Of a stretch of 64,000 nt of DNA, positions 13,567 through 26,960 are shown in pieces. Source of the DNA: Raillietiella orientalis (lineage: Eukaryota); NCBI GenBank assembly GCA_036172245.1, contig JAYWIR010000016.1:434001-498000 (forward strand). The letters run 5' to 3'. The translations under genes and the position numbers were made by a program. Below the pieces are notes generated by a model. It saw only the letters and a list, made by a program, of their open reading frames with translations, ran no database searches and was not told the origin of the DNA. The stretch's first letter is position 1; each line of letters opens with the position of its first letter.

Positions 13567-14180
13567 GGATTCGCCAAGTACTGAAGAAGCGTTCGCCTAG
13601 GGGCTCGCAAAGTGCTGTCCATGCCACCTAAGGGTGCTTGCTTACTCTTTAAGATAGGGGGTACTCCCGGGATGGGACCGCTCTATGAATCCAGGAAGGC
13701 TCCTGACGAAATAGTACGTTCCTCTTTCTCCTGGTAGGGAACCTGTGGGGAACCTCTTTCTTATTCTCTCCGGAGGGACCCCTGGGAAAAAATCCGCTCC
13801 TTGTCTGGAAGCCTCTGAAGAGAACCCCGAAGGGAGCAGCGCACCTTCTGACACTGTGGATTGGTATCAACCAGCTCCATGGTACTCGATGGAGGCTCCA
13901 TTTGCACAACTGGAGGGGAACCCCGAAGGGTTCCTTGATTCTTGGAAGGACTCCGCAGGGTCGATTTCCCATCTCAGTCAGCCAGTCAACGGGAGCATCC
14001 GTGGGTATCCGGCTGCTTCCAGCAGTGCTGCACCCGAATAGGCCAACCAGCGTCATTTTGTGGGGAGAAACTCGAAACCCGCGAAGCACCCCTGTTCGAT
14101 CCTCCACGTGGGGATTCGAACCGGAAAAGCTTGGTACCAATCCGCGCGTGGTCTGAGCGTGCAGCCACGCGACCTCAAGC
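13567..14180 (-). mobile_element. tRNA-derived SINE family copy 3
   Basis: gggattcgaacc at 14111-14122 (GGTTCGAATCCC on the minus strand); shared body and 3' motif. Confidence 0.7.
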
Positions 14181-14999
14181 GAGGGCAGCATTGTACTACG
14201 ATGACTGATGACTTCATAACTGGTCTCAATGATCGTTCTCAGAAAAAGACGGACCAGAGATACGTCCGGAGGGGGGGGACACGCCACTGCGGCTTTGACC
14301 TGATTTGTTTTTGTTTGCCCCTTGGCATCTATCGATGCGTCTCGGCAGGAAGACCCGGGATTCGGGTAACCGGAAGCTGCACTCGTGCAACCGAAGCTCA
14401 GATCGCCTTTTCAGTTGCCTGTAATTACAGGAGACGATCGGGGTCGAGGTGTGAGTTGTGGGTCGCGCGCGCGAGCAGGTCGCCTTTCGAGTGTTGAGGT
14501 CAAGAAGAAAAGTCATTATAAGGGATGACCATGTTGATGCAAGAACGGAAAGACACGTCTTCAAGGAGAGCAAGAAGAAAAGCTATGGGAAGCGGAGGGA
14601 GCGCAAAAAATCGCAGCGGGCGAGATGCAGCCAAAGACCATAGAGAGGCTGTCTCTCCCGGGAGGAAGTGGCGTCCGCATTTCGTGGTCTGTGGGAAGGG
14701 GAGGAGGAAGCGGAAGGGAAAGGGGGAGGGAAATTCCTCTGTCAGCAGGAGCCAACGTGAGCGGCGGTGCGCGAATGGTCAAAAGGCTGTGTCGCTTCAG
14801 GAAGCTGCCCTCTGCCACCGATTCTAGCATTCGAGAAAGTTCTTGGGTGGCTTCCTTGACTCCTCCTAGGAGCGACAGCCTTTCTGTAGACTCTGGATCC
14901 CTTCCTTCTCCCTCCTTCCTCTTTCTCCTCTTCTCCTTTCTCTTTTTCTTCGCTCACCTGAGCCATAGGGCAGCTGGCTGCGTCTTTGTCTGGTCCTCA

Positions 15000-16180
15000 G
15001 AGCTCCTTCCAGATTGGTCCTTGGAATGGGAAATCGAATTCTCCCTTGCAACGCCCATGCACCAGGAATGCTGCCGAGCATAGTTCCATCCCCGGATCGT
15101 TGCCGTTTGCCGAACAACAGCAACAGCCACAACCAGAAGATCTCAGAAGCAAAAGGCAAGAATGTCGATGACCGGGAAAGGCACCAGAGACCGGTAGCCG
15201 TGACAAACACCCTTCCATCCCCCCTCCTCAGCCCTTCCTTTTCTGCTTCTATCAAGCTTTCATGAAGAAGGGATGCATTCCCACACGAGGAGGGCACCTG
15301 GGTCACATGGCGGAGAGAGATCTTTGAGCCCCTGGAGTGTGTGCTTTCTCCGGGTTACGCCGGATTTTTTTATTTGAAAAGTAGGCGTAGGAAGAAGGGA
15401 CCGGGTTCTTGCACGGGAAAAAAAAGGGAGAAATCGCTGGCTCACAGGGCGGCAAAGTACAAGAATCGGGACGAAGGTGAGGGAGTCATTGAATCAACAG
15501 AAAAAACAGGCGACGGAAGAGAAAGAGGTGTTCGTATCCCGGCTCTGCACCTTCCTCAGCCTTCGAGAGATCCAGCTGAGTGTCCCTGGAGACCTCTTGT
15601 GTCTAAGAGTGGTCTCATCCTTCAGCTCACCTGCTGTGCTATTGGCGACTTATCGTCGTAACCGGCGGAGCTGCCCATTCGTAACGTGACGTCACTGTGC
15701 TGCGCCCGCGACGCGGTGCCTCGTGGCAGCGGCCCTTCCAGACTCATCATGTCCCCGGAGGCAGGCGCTCTCCGGACGCTGACGGGCTGACACCAGAGCG
15801 CTTCCGAGCGCGTCAGAAGGCGCGACAGCCCGCCGGTGGGTGTGGCAGCAGTTCGATTGCCGCGCACCTGTGGCTCAGTTTCGGGGAGGAGCTCCCTCCA
15901 GAGACAAGGTGTCGGTGCTGATCCCATCACACCAGAGGCCGTAGCACGAAGAGGGTGGCACCTCATCCGGCCACTCATCCGAAAAGAGGCGGAGCGCTCC
16001 AGCACAGGAGAAGGACCTTGAGGCGTGATATGGATGGCGTCCTTGAGACTTCGACCCATCGGAACAGTCCCTCAGTCCAAAAGCATCATGTGGCCTCGTC
16101 GGCAAGCTCCTTCGTTGACCATCATCCTTCAGGAATGCTTTCTTCACTCCCTAAAATCGTGATCCTACCCTGCCAGTAAG
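15000..16180 (+). mobile_element. Decayed Gypsy RT thumb / RNase H remnant
   Basis: VVSSFSS..LLATYRR; GVGADP..RPLIRKEAERSSTGEGP*GVIW; SSFVDHHP (TDH.PL-like). Confidence 0.45.
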
Positions 16181-17899
16181 TCGCCGTCCACTCCCCCACA
16201 GATCAGACACAGATCTGCGGCTAAAGGCGCGGAGGTGGCTGGGGTTCCCCTTGCTCCAGCCCCGCACCGGCCTCCTTGAGAATCACTTTCCCGTGGGAAC
16301 GCAGAGGCCGGGGTTTCTCCGAGAGCACTTCAATCAGGCTGTCCTGGGCATCGAGTGGCCCCGCCTCCTTCGGTCAATCTCTGACGTTCGCGGGGCGGGA
16401 GGGCATTCCTGTGGTTCCGAATGGATTGCCTGCAGCCCCGGGAACTTTCACGCCTGTTGTGAGGAATTCTGGGGCTGAGTTCCTGACGACCGTCACTCCG
16501 GAGGCATCCGTTCCAGTTCGTCGCCATGGCAGAAGGTGATGGGAGGGCAGCGGGAGTGAGAAGCCACAAGAACCACACACCTTCGGCCGCGGCGCTGCAC
16601 TTTCCCGCTAGGGCGCAGCACCCAGCTGGAAGGCTGGGGTTCCCTTAGTCGCCAGGGCACCGGTGTCTGAGGAAGAATTTTCTTATGGAGGGAGCACAGA
16701 ATGCCGGGGGGAGATTTTCCGCACGCTCCGGTCGCGGAAGGTGTGGAGACCGGGGACTGCTGCCTACCGGGGACTCCCGCCGTAGCTGTGCGCGGGGGGG
16801 GGGGAGAGGATTCTGGCTCGACGGGAAGAGAGCGGAGCTGCTGTTGCTCTAGCAGCCCAGCACGCGCGGGGGGGGGGGGGGGGAAGGAACGGCCAGATCG
16901 TCAAGACGAACCTGTGACCCCAAAGTTCGGCACACACGCCCACGCTAGGAGCCGGCGACCTGGACGGCTTTCTCGAAGGTGCGCACCCGTGCGTGCCATC
17001 CGTGCAGAGCGCGCGCGATCGCTGCACGGAAGACTCGCAGCTCCAGCTGTGAGCGCTTCCGAGCCGGACAGGGAAAAGCAGAAACCCGACGACAGGGCAC
17101 ATCCCATGGCTCTGTTCCAGCGGGAACGCCCACGTCCTGATGCAGGCATGCGGGACGCCACCGGGCGCGTGCGCGGAAACACGGGTCTTTCCATTCGACT
17201 TCCCCTCCGCTCAGAGAAAGGTCATCACCTGGTTACAGGCGTGGAGGCGCCTGGCACTGCAGCGAAAATGCGTCCCCCTCGAAACGACCTCGCCGTGGAA
17301 GACTTAAAGGCCTCAACGCCTGTTCCCTGTGGGAAAAGGAGGGAATTGAATTTCCGTTTTTTTCGAATGTTAACTCTCCGTCCCGAAGACTCCTCTACCA
17401 TTTTCCGGTCAGAAAGAGAGGGGAAAGGAAAAGAGGATGGAGGGAAGAGGAAGAGGAGAAAGAAAAGGAGGAAGAGGAGGGAGGGAAAGCGAGAAAACAG
17501 CGCACATTCTCTTCCCTCTGAAGATCGTTGCGAATGCTGAAGGGAAGGAAAGGATGAGGCAGAGAGGGATTTTCCAGGAATCGAGGATCCCACCGAGAGG
17601 GAACCCTTTTGATCAAAGAAAGACACCGCGGACTCTCCTGGAAAAATCTCCCCCCTTGGCAACGCGGGAAGATGCGTGCGTACCTAAGAACCACGTGAAC
17701 ATGAAGAGAGCGAGAGGAACCACACAGGTATGCTCGACTGCAATGCATCCACCATCCTCCTAGTTTTCCCGACCTAGCGAAAGAAATGGAATGGGACGGA
17801 GACGACTAGGGAGCCGGGGAGGCACCAACTCCCTAGTCGTCTTCCAGGACGCACTGGATGGGGCACTCGATGCATGCCCCCGAATCGCAGCGCGAAGGG

Positions 17900-20260
17900 A
17901 GTAGAAGGACGGAGGTTGACGGAGGGGAAGATGAGGCTCTGACCTGTGGCTGGCATGGCGGAGGCCAGGTTCTGTGGGGGCCGATTGGGAAGGGACGGTG
18001 CACAGTGGGAAGAATCCTAAAGAAAAGGAACGGAGACTCCATGCATCCCGCACTTCTTGAGTACGAATGAGAGGGTCCACTGGTTACTTCGGTCAGTCGA
18101 CGCCGAAGGGTTTGTTCGTTCTGGGCACCCGGAATCGCCTACTGGCTCTCGTTGCAACAGCCGAAATGGACCGGAGGATGCTTCCCTCCTAGAAACAATT
18201 GCTCTTCGAATCTGTGGGTTTGGACGTGTGACCTCATCCTCCAGCTTCCGCGCTTCATGAAGTCGCGGAAGACGGCGCTGGCCAGAGGCGCAGTGGGCCT
18301 ATCTTCCGCGCCTGAGAGCTCGTGCTCCTCGTTTCTGGCACCGGGTGCAGCATCATCCCTCAGGTGCGGTCCTCAGTAGGGAAGGGAGGGCGCCTGCCAC
18401 GTCCAGGAGGTTTGATTAGCCGTCAGCGAGGAGAGTGGGTCCTGTAGGCGAGAGGCGTCAGAGACGCAGCGCAGACTGCAAACTCCAAGCTGGCACCGGA
18501 TATCCTGGTAACTCCTGCTGCTCTCCACGCTCGCACGGACCTTTAGCGTCAAACACTTGGTGACCATAGCTGGTAGTCAACTCTGAGGAGGACGCCCCTC
18601 GAAGCGGTAAATCCCCATTCATCCCCCAAGAAGCTGTGATTAGATGCTGGCAAGACTCACAACGACCGAAGGCCACTGCAATCGAAACCAGCATCCTGCA
18701 GAACCGCACGGTTGGGACGATGCCGCGTGCACCTATTCACTATTCAGGAAGAACTGAGATAAGGATCAGATGCAGGGGTCATTTGCCCCTCGCGTTCCAG
18801 AGGGAGCCGATTTTCGTTTGGCAAAGGCACACACAGCTCCCATGAACTCCTTTCATTAGATCATAAACAGCTGTCTGGTTCGAGTGATGACCGAGTCAGC
18901 CGTGGACTCCACCCCACACTCCATGCTCCCTCTTCTCCCCACTTGTCCTTATCGTTTTTGATACACGGATAACTACTGCAAAAACAAGGCTATCGTTTGC
19001 TTCTTCCATTACGTCGATTTTCCGAGTTGCTAAGATCATAAAGGTTGCAAATATCTTATTGGAGCCGCTTTCCCTTGCATCTTGGCTCCCGGATTACAGT
19101 GTCCTCTGCCGCCATTCTGTGCTACGCCATCTGCGTCCAACATGCTTGCAGTTTGCAAATCGTAGCGGCGTTTTCCTCAGAAAAAGGGTATTTGATTTGC
19201 ATTCGTTTAGCAAATCAGGCGCCACTAATAAGTGAGCGCCTCTTGCACGCATTACATAAGTTCGTCGTTTTCTCGCCAGATGCCAGGACCATCCTCTTTC
19301 CCTGATGGGTTCAGAAGCATCCCCGTTGATGAGCCGACTTCAGTGAATGGGAGATCCTTGAGTTATCTTAAGATCCACCGCCAGTGAATATGGATTTTTG
19401 GAAAAAGATGAAATTTCTCCTTTCCGGTGCACATTTTTCGTTGTCCATCATCAGATTCCAAATTTCAGAAGTTGCAGAAAGCGTCTGGACTAGAGTGCGA
19501 CCACCACAGGAAACAGAAGAGATCGGGTGCGAAGACGCCGTATGTCTCACCGATCGCATCTGCGCGTTGCAAAGACGGAGGGCGTTTCCTGCTTCTGACC
19601 TGAAACCGAAAAGATCATCGTTAGGATCAACTCGAAGGCTCCTCGCTCGCAACGCTCTCCGTTTTCAGGATTCAAAGGGATCCAAAGGTCCTTTCTCTGA
19701 TCACTCCTCTCTTTGCATGTGGGTGTGTGGTTGCTGCCGTTGCAGCAGCAATCACTTCGTTGAGGAATGGGGCGACCCTACTCAATGAGAGGGGAAGATA
19801 ATCTGCTACAGAAATGAGGATTTGTCCTGCTCGATACGAATCCCCAGCTTCCTAACCATCACAATGCAGACATCCAGTCCAGGATCATTCGCTTGACCGA
19901 AAGTTTCAGAAGGTTCTAGAAGGCAAAAATGGCGCTGCCGCAAAAACATGATCGCACGCCGAATGCAAGGTTCCCTACTATTCTGAGCACACTTCCGACT
20001 TTCCTTCCCGCTACGCAGCCATCTCCATAGATGCACAATCATCTGCAACCGATTCTCCCTCCTCCAGGTTTTCGGCCGATTCACGTGTGGCAGAAATTCC
20101 ATTCCTCACACTTCGAGTTCTGCTCGTTCCCGCGTCCACTGTGGTCTTCCTATCGACGTCTGCCACTCGAGTGCTGCCTCGTGAATCTTCCCCGAAGGCA
20201 TGTTCTTGAAAGTCGCGTCTCGAATCAACAGAATCCTTCATGTTCCCGCTTTTCTAGGGG
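17900..20260. mobile_element. Decayed ISL2EU/Harbinger-like DNA transposon: SWIM-YqaJ exonuclease remnant (+, ~17.9-19.4 kb) convergent with a DDE_Tnp_4-like transposase C-terminus (-, 20260-19806)
   Basis: Plus strand: WLLRSVDAEGFVRSGHPESPTG (SWIM-like), LASWLPDYSVLC (ASPDG-like), KFVVFSP..RSIPVDE, DFWKKM. Minus strand: NLEEGESVADD (L.PGD.VMAD-like), CIRRAIMFLRQRHF..LDVCIVMVRKL (VERAI..LK.F..VC..L.NL-like). Confidence 0.5.
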
Positions 20261-21586
20261 TTTCAGTTTGCCTAGCTGCCGGCTCTCCCATCTTCGCAGC
20301 ATCCGCGGAACGCGCTTTTTTCTCCTAGTGCGCACTTCGGTTTTCAGCGGTTAGCAGCATCTTTTGCGCGCTCTTTGTCCCCCGAACTGGACGCAAGTGC
20401 ACACAATCGAGTGGGGAGGGAGGGGGGAGGGTAAGAGGAGAGGAGAGAGGGAACTCCCGGAGCCAGAACTTGACGGATCTGACTGAGATAACGTCAAACT
20501 CAGACTCCGCCTCAGATGCAGCTACAGAAGATCTCTGCACCGCAAACTCCTGGGGATCTTGAGCGCCTCCTGCCCTCTGCGTCGCTCGGAATTGGCCGGA
20601 ACGCGGAAGGTACGCTTTGAGAATTCCTGATCGAGGGCGAAAATGCGCATTTGAAACACCAAGTGTTTCGGTGCACCCCGACGAGCTCGAACACCGGCCA
20701 TGGGGCTTTTCCTTCTTTTTACTAGTCTCCCGGTCAGCTTCCAAAGCACATTCCAGAGAGGTCAGGGATTCACTTGATCACCCGGTTATGCTGGGGCACG
20801 AAAAGCAATAAAAATACATTGGTGTGGTGGAACACGTGGTTCTACCACGTTCAATGAATCTGTCGAAGAGCGGTGCGCAGACCGGCGAGGCCTGCGCTTC
20901 GGCAGCATGGGGGAAGGGAAAACAAAACGCCAAAAACAAATACACAAAACAGGGAGGCAAAATTTTACAAAGGGAGGAGAGCGGAGAGGGGGGAGAGATC
21001 GAGGAAGAGATCACGGCACGCTGTCTGGTGTCCTCTGCATCCTCTTCGGGATGTTGGCAAGTTCTGTCCGCGTCTCGCCCGGGTGAGACCATCTCGAGAC
21101 GATCTTCAAAAAAATTGCCGTCCAGGGGATGGCGTCCTTTCCATTCTGGACTCTTCTTCCTGCGTTCCAGGTCGCCATGGTCTTGCGAAGACAGCAGGGA
21201 ACTGCGAGGGACGCGGCTGGCAGCGGCAGTGAGCACGCGCGAAGAGGCTTCTGAAGATGCCACTGCGGCTGCCCACCGGGACACTTAGGGTAGTCTCTAG
21301 ACGATCCCAAAGGAGTCGGAGGGTAGCATAGTCTAGAGGCAGGCGCGGGAGGGTTTCTTTCTTCCTGCCCCGGTTACACCCTTCCCCCGACCTCCCCCGT
21401 GTCTTGCACGGGATTCCCCAGTGGGGGGCCAGAGACTCCTGTCGCTTGAGGGGAGCGGGTGCCATTACTACTCTAGCACGCTGGGAGCCAATTCACCTCT
21501 TCCAGAGGATGCCGAGCAGCTCTCCCCAGGGTTCACTTGATGATGGGAATCTTTTCTTCCGTTTAAGTTGCTTTTCTCCCAGTTCT

Positions 21587-22350
21587 TTTTTTTTTTTTTT
21601 TCCCCCTCTTTCGGATTTCCTTCTTTTTTGGTTTGCCAAGAAGAACTGCCCGCCTCCTTAGGGTGGACTCACGTGGCTTTTGGACGCTGCTCACACCACC
21701 CGAAGAGGAGTGCTGACTCTTCCAGTTAGGGGAGGGGTGACCCCGGAGAGAGCACCCTATGGACCCAGGAAAGGTTCCGGAAAGCGGAGTCCTCACGCTC
21801 GGGAGGGAACCCCGAAGGGTACTTTCGCCCTGGTCATCTCCGAAAAGAAAGCCTCTCTTTCTTATTCTTTCCGCAGGCACCTCCTGGAGGGGGCTGCTCC
21901 TCGTTTCTTCTCCGAAAGGAACCTCAGGAGAATCGCTCCCTGTTTGCTCCTCCTCTAAAGAGAACCTCGAAAGGACGCTTCCCAGTTTCTCCGAAGGGAG
22001 TGGTGCGCTTCTTGACACTCTGGAAAGGGTAACCCCCTTTTCCCCCTTGACCAGCTAGCTGCATGGGGCGTGATGGAGGGTCCCTCCGAGGGGGAGGAGG
22101 ATGGCTCCCTTTTCACAACCGCATAGGAGCCCCGAAAAGAACAGTCCCCTTGATTCCTGGAAGGACCCCAAAGAGTCAGGAAAGCTGACTCCAGAATCCT
22201 GACCAGAGTCGTTTTGCGGGGGGGGGGCTCCAAACCCACGACACCCCACCGGTTCTCGGCGTCGATCCTTCCACAGCGGGATTCGAACCCGCGATGCCAG
22301 GTGGCGCGCCACGAGCGTCCGCTAACGCGGGCTAAGGATGGGCTCACCGA
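21587..22350 (-). mobile_element. tRNA-derived SINE family copy 4 with A-rich tail
   Basis: B-box at 22278-22290, A-box-like TAGCCCGCGTT upstream on the minus strand, poly(T) on the + strand at ~21587-21630 next to the 3' motif. Confidence 0.7.
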
Positions 22351-24199
22351 ACCAGGGAAGCTGCACCGATTTTCATGGAGTGTTGGATTTTTCCAAGAAT
22401 TCTGCTCTCCTCTCAGAGTGGGAGGCCGAGACCGACTCCCCAGGCGCAATCAGGGATACCACGTGACGCGAGTGAGCGTATTGAATCAGGCAGTTCGTAC
22501 GCAGAGTGCCTTGTGTATTGTTCTCTGTTGTGTTGACCAAACCGCATCTGTTTGTGTGGAAGTGGATGTGAAATGCCCTGAGGAAATGCTCTGCACCCTA
22601 CCCGCCACCCCCACACCTTCAGCTTCGCGCACGCGCATCCTAATGTGTGCTTCTCTGGAAACGGCGAACGCGCCGCGAGCACCACCGCAGCCGTCCGCGC
22701 AGAGATGGGGCGGTCATCCCGGTCTTGGCCGGCGACGCGCTCTGCTGACCACCGCTCCTCCGCAGCGTCCGTTCCACCGTGGTCCGCGGGGAAGACTTCC
22801 GATCCACGCGTTTTTCCTCGAGCAGCGGTGCGAGGGGGGAGGCGGAGGGCGCACGCGGACCTCCCGAGGGCTGCTGCCATCATCGATCGGTCATCTTCCG
22901 CGTCTCTCCGAGGGCCGACCGCGGATGGACACCGCAGAGGTCCACGGAAATGCCGGGGCGAGGGGAGGCGGGCGGAGCTGCGTTTGCCGGGACCGCCGGA
23001 GGCCACCACTCGAGCGCCGCGCGACCGCTGCCGCCTGCGGAGGAGACTCCGGACACGACTCACCCGCCTCCGCCTCCGCCTCCCCGACCGCTCGTCGCAA
23101 ACACGGCGAGGGTAACCCTCGTGGTCCACGGCGGAGAAACGCCCTCCCCTACCTCCTTCCTCTCGGAGACGGACGGACGAGTGCGTCCTTCGCGCGAAGA
23201 TGACGGACGCGCGCATAAATCAGATGAGGAGGGTCCTAGAACCTCCTCCACGTGGTCCAGGCACGCCAGGCGCCGGATTCGATCCGGCGCGAGGGAGAAA
23301 CGGTCGCCGCGAAGGGAGGAGGAGGAGGACGAGAAAGAGAGGCGGGGGGGGGGAGGGGGAGAAAGAAAAGCACCCCCAATTACGCTTTGCCGCTCTTTTT
23401 TTTTTTTCTTCGGATGCACGCAACACCGGAGCGGAGGAGGAGGGGGACGAGCGCGCACGGATTTGACATCTGCGTCTTCTTCCTCGAGATGGGCCTTTTG
23501 ATGTCTCGTCGCGCAAAAAGACAAACTGCACGGCTTTTCCCTCCCTCCTCTTTCAGTAGCACCCCAATCATCCCCCAGGGGTCGCCATTAGCCATGCTTC
23601 CTCGAGCGCCGCTGTCAGGTGGCCGGGAGCTCCTCGCGATCCTTTCACGCGGCGTGTCTTCGCGCCACTTGCAAGCCATGAAATATCCCGCCTTTTTTTT
23701 TGTTTTTCCTTTTTTTTTTGTTTTGGTTGCCGCGTTTCCATGACGATAGAGCGGGCCGATAACGCGGACCTATCGGGAGTGCGGTGGCTCTTTATCCGGG
23801 CAGGAGGCGATATCTTTTCAGGACGGAATGGTTTATGAAGGCTCGCCTGGAAGGAGGAGAGGATCCAGGCCGGGAGAAAATTTTTCAAAGGACTTGGGAA
23901 CCTCCGCGGGAGCTCATGCTCGTTCTCCCCTCCCTCGAATTGGGAGACTGCCGAGCAACCCCTGCTTCCCCCCTCCCCCTTTCCTCCCTCCTCCCCTGGG
24001 GTTGCGAGTCCCGGAGCCGACGGGTGAACTTCCCAGGAGCTGAAAAATACCGCCTTCCCCTCCCCTGCTCGCGAAAGGGTCGCTCGCGGTCAGCGAAGGC
24101 GCTTGCGGGGGATTCGGGAACGGCAGAGCAGCTGAAAAGTGCCCTATGCGGGGAGAGAGAGGGCGCGCGCCCACGGCGGAAGCGCGGGGCTCGCAGGGA

Positions 24200-25270
24200 G
24201 TGGATGGGATGCTCGGAGATGGCTTCGTCCACAGGACAGCCAAACACCCTTCTGGGAGAGCGCGGAAAAGGGAATGAGACTTTGCATTTTCATGGCAGTC
24301 CTCCCGTGAAGGGGAATGGTGTGCCGATCCCGGAGGTACTGCAATACCGGATCGACCCGCGATCGGATCGCTAAGAGAAATGACCTGCCACGATAAATGC
24401 AGAGCCAGTCGAATGTTCCCAAATACCCTTGCGGGGCATCTCCCACCACGGGTGGCACCGCTCGTCCGCGGCAAGAATCCACAGGACCGCCACACACCAA
24501 CAGCGAAATCATGATCCCCGGAAGACGCGCCGAGACGCTGGTCCAGGTCAGGACACCCGCCTGCCCTCAGGCATCCGGAGTTGGCGACCTCCGGCCAGCC
24601 TACGCCGGACTCGAAGATGAAGCCATTCTTCCGGGAGGAAGCCGACGCGGCCGTACTGCACGGTCGCGTGTCCCTCGGTGAAGGCTCAGCACTGAATGGG
24701 GAAGGTGACCAGCTGTCGAGGATCGCCTCTCCGCTTCGCCTGCGGTGGAGCTCCCGCCTCACTGAAGAACGCTCCTCGTGCGATCCCTGGGATCGGTGGG
24801 ATGCGTCGAACGGCCAAGTGCCAGGAAATTCGGAAGAGGGGGACGGGCCTCGTGGGAAGAGGAAGCTGAGACGTGCTCGATGCTGCCGGGACGCGCGTTG
24901 GGAACGATGGGACGGGACGCCGTCCGTGGCCGAAGGCGGCCCCAGCTCGTGACGGGGCTGCCACTCTCGATCACAGCCGCGTCATGGGGACGGCTGGAAG
25001 AGAGAAGACAGGCTGAGGAGATGGGGGGAGTTGCCGCATTGCCTAGTTGAGTGAGATCTGCGTTGGCATTTCCGAGATGCACTAGGAAGGATCCTCCCAC
25101 GTGAAGAGATGCCGTCCCGCAACAGGAGAGGAGCAAGCTCCAAGCGTCCCGTCCGCTTCCAAAAGGCGGCTGTTCCGCGCTGGCAGAGGCACTTGAGCTC
25201 ATCCGGGATCGACATCCACTAAAGGATTGGGGAGGAGGGGAGCCACGGCTGGAAAACATGCTCGGCGATG
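24200..25270 (-). mobile_element. Decayed Gypsy gag remnant
   Basis: PQSFSG..SLLLSCCG; RRELHRRRSGEAILDSW..SAEPS (F..R.Q..GE.I..LA..C-like); KNGFIFESGV..CL..PDLDQ. Confidence 0.4.
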
Positions 25271-26086
25271 ATCCCAGCGGCTGATCCCAGACTCGCGCGA
25301 GGCTGCTTCCATTAGAAGTCCCCTGGGAAACGAAGTGACGTTTGCGCTCACGATGACGAGCAGCTCCATCAAAGCAGCTGAGTCCAATGCGTCTTCATCC
25401 CGTGGAGCCCGTAGCTAACGATGGGAACAACGGTAAAAGCTCGCCCTATCTTGATGGGTGCACTCCAAAGAACCTACCCGCAGCCTGCCGACATCCAATC
25501 GCTCGAGAAGATCTTAATCGCAGCATCGGGCTCGCGACCCTATCTCTGAAAGGGGGGGGAAGGGGGAGGGATTCTTCCCCCCACTCTCATCGGGTGCGGA
25601 CTGCTCTTCTTTTCGAAACTCTTTCACCCTGGAAATTCCCATCGCGATATCTGGCCGCGGGATCGTTTAATGGATCCTTGAAGGGAAGGGGGTAGGGTGG
25701 GGGGAAGAGGAGGGTAACCGTCGCCGTTCACCTGAATCTGCTATTGTAAAACCGAGTCGCGAGTGCGCAGCACCTTCGTGGGGATGATCTTCCGTCTCGA
25801 TTTCCTGAGAGTCCAGCAGGGAGGGTGCAAGTGGATGAGGGGTTTCCACGCACACCCGTGCGGATTCAACGCGAAATGACTACGCGGGCGCCCCAGCTGG
25901 AAGGGACAAACAACAAGAAAAGAAAAAAAGAGAAACCGGCTTCTCCTGGAACCAGGCGGCGATAGGCTGAGTGTGTCCAGGGTCCTGATCTGCCTGGGGA
26001 AGGTCTCTGTGTTCGTCGGAGCCAATCTCATTCGACATCATCCGCGAGAGGTGCTTTTCTGAGCTCCGGAAGTGACTGGCTGTAGG

Positions 26087-26960
26087 TGGTTCGCCAAGCG
26101 CCGAAGAACCGTCCGCCTAGGGGATCAGGAAGCTCTTTGACGCTGTCCACGCCACACGAGGGTGCGTGCGGTCCTTCAAGTTGTAGGGAGAAGATGGCTC
26201 CGGAGGGACCACCCTATGAATTCAGGAAGGCTCCTGAGGAAGGAGTCCGTTCCTCTTGCGCTTGGGAAGGAAACCTCTTCTTCCTCATTCTCTCCTAAGC
26301 GACCCTCAGAAGGGGTTACTCCTCGTTCCTTCTCCTAACGGAACCCGGAAAGGATCAACTCCTGGAATTTCTGCTCTGGAGTTACCCCCCGGAAATGATC
26401 CTCTCCTTGTTTCCTCGTCTGAAGAAAGCCCTGAAGGGACTCTCCCACATTTCTCTGGAGGGTCGCTCCCCGAATGGAGCAGTGCGCTTCTCCCCACTCT
26501 GGAGAGGCAGCCCCCCGAGAGGGGTGTCAACCAGCTCCATGATGCCCTCCCTTCCGAGGGGGAAGGGACGGCTTCATTTTCACAATCGGGGGGAGATCCC
26601 GAAGAAAATCCCTCGAATCCTGGAAGGACCTCGGAGTGTCAAGAAGGGAAGAGAACTCGAAAAGACAAGACTTCACTATGGAATTTTTTATTGTAAAAAT
26701 GTTAATAACGAAAGCCCCGGCTTACCAGGGTGAGAAACCTCGGAGTGTCAACTTCCGATCCTGACCAGTTAACGGGGCATCCGGTTCCTTCCAGTGCCGC
26801 ATCCGAAGCTTATTAAGCCAACCAGAGGGGGGGACTCGAAATCCGCGACACATCCATTTCTCACAGTCGATTCTTCTTTGCCCGGGCGGGATTCGAACCC
26901 ACGACGCCAAGTGCCATGCGTGCGGATACCCCCTCGGCCACGCGCCCGCCGACGCAGGCC
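26087..26960 (-). mobile_element. tRNA-derived SINE family copy 5 carrying a 94-bp insertion
   Basis: B-box at 26888-26900; near-identical inverted twin of 53844-54627. Confidence 0.75.

Noticed and set aside
16200..16640. Additional LINE zf-RVT fragment on the minus strand (FLWLLTPAALP)
   Set aside because: A single weak motif is insufficient support
22214..23743. Several long overlapping ORFs (329, 267, 240 aa)
   Set aside because: Arg/Pro/Gly/Ala-rich and open on both strands; expected by chance in GC-rich DNA, with no domain or splice support
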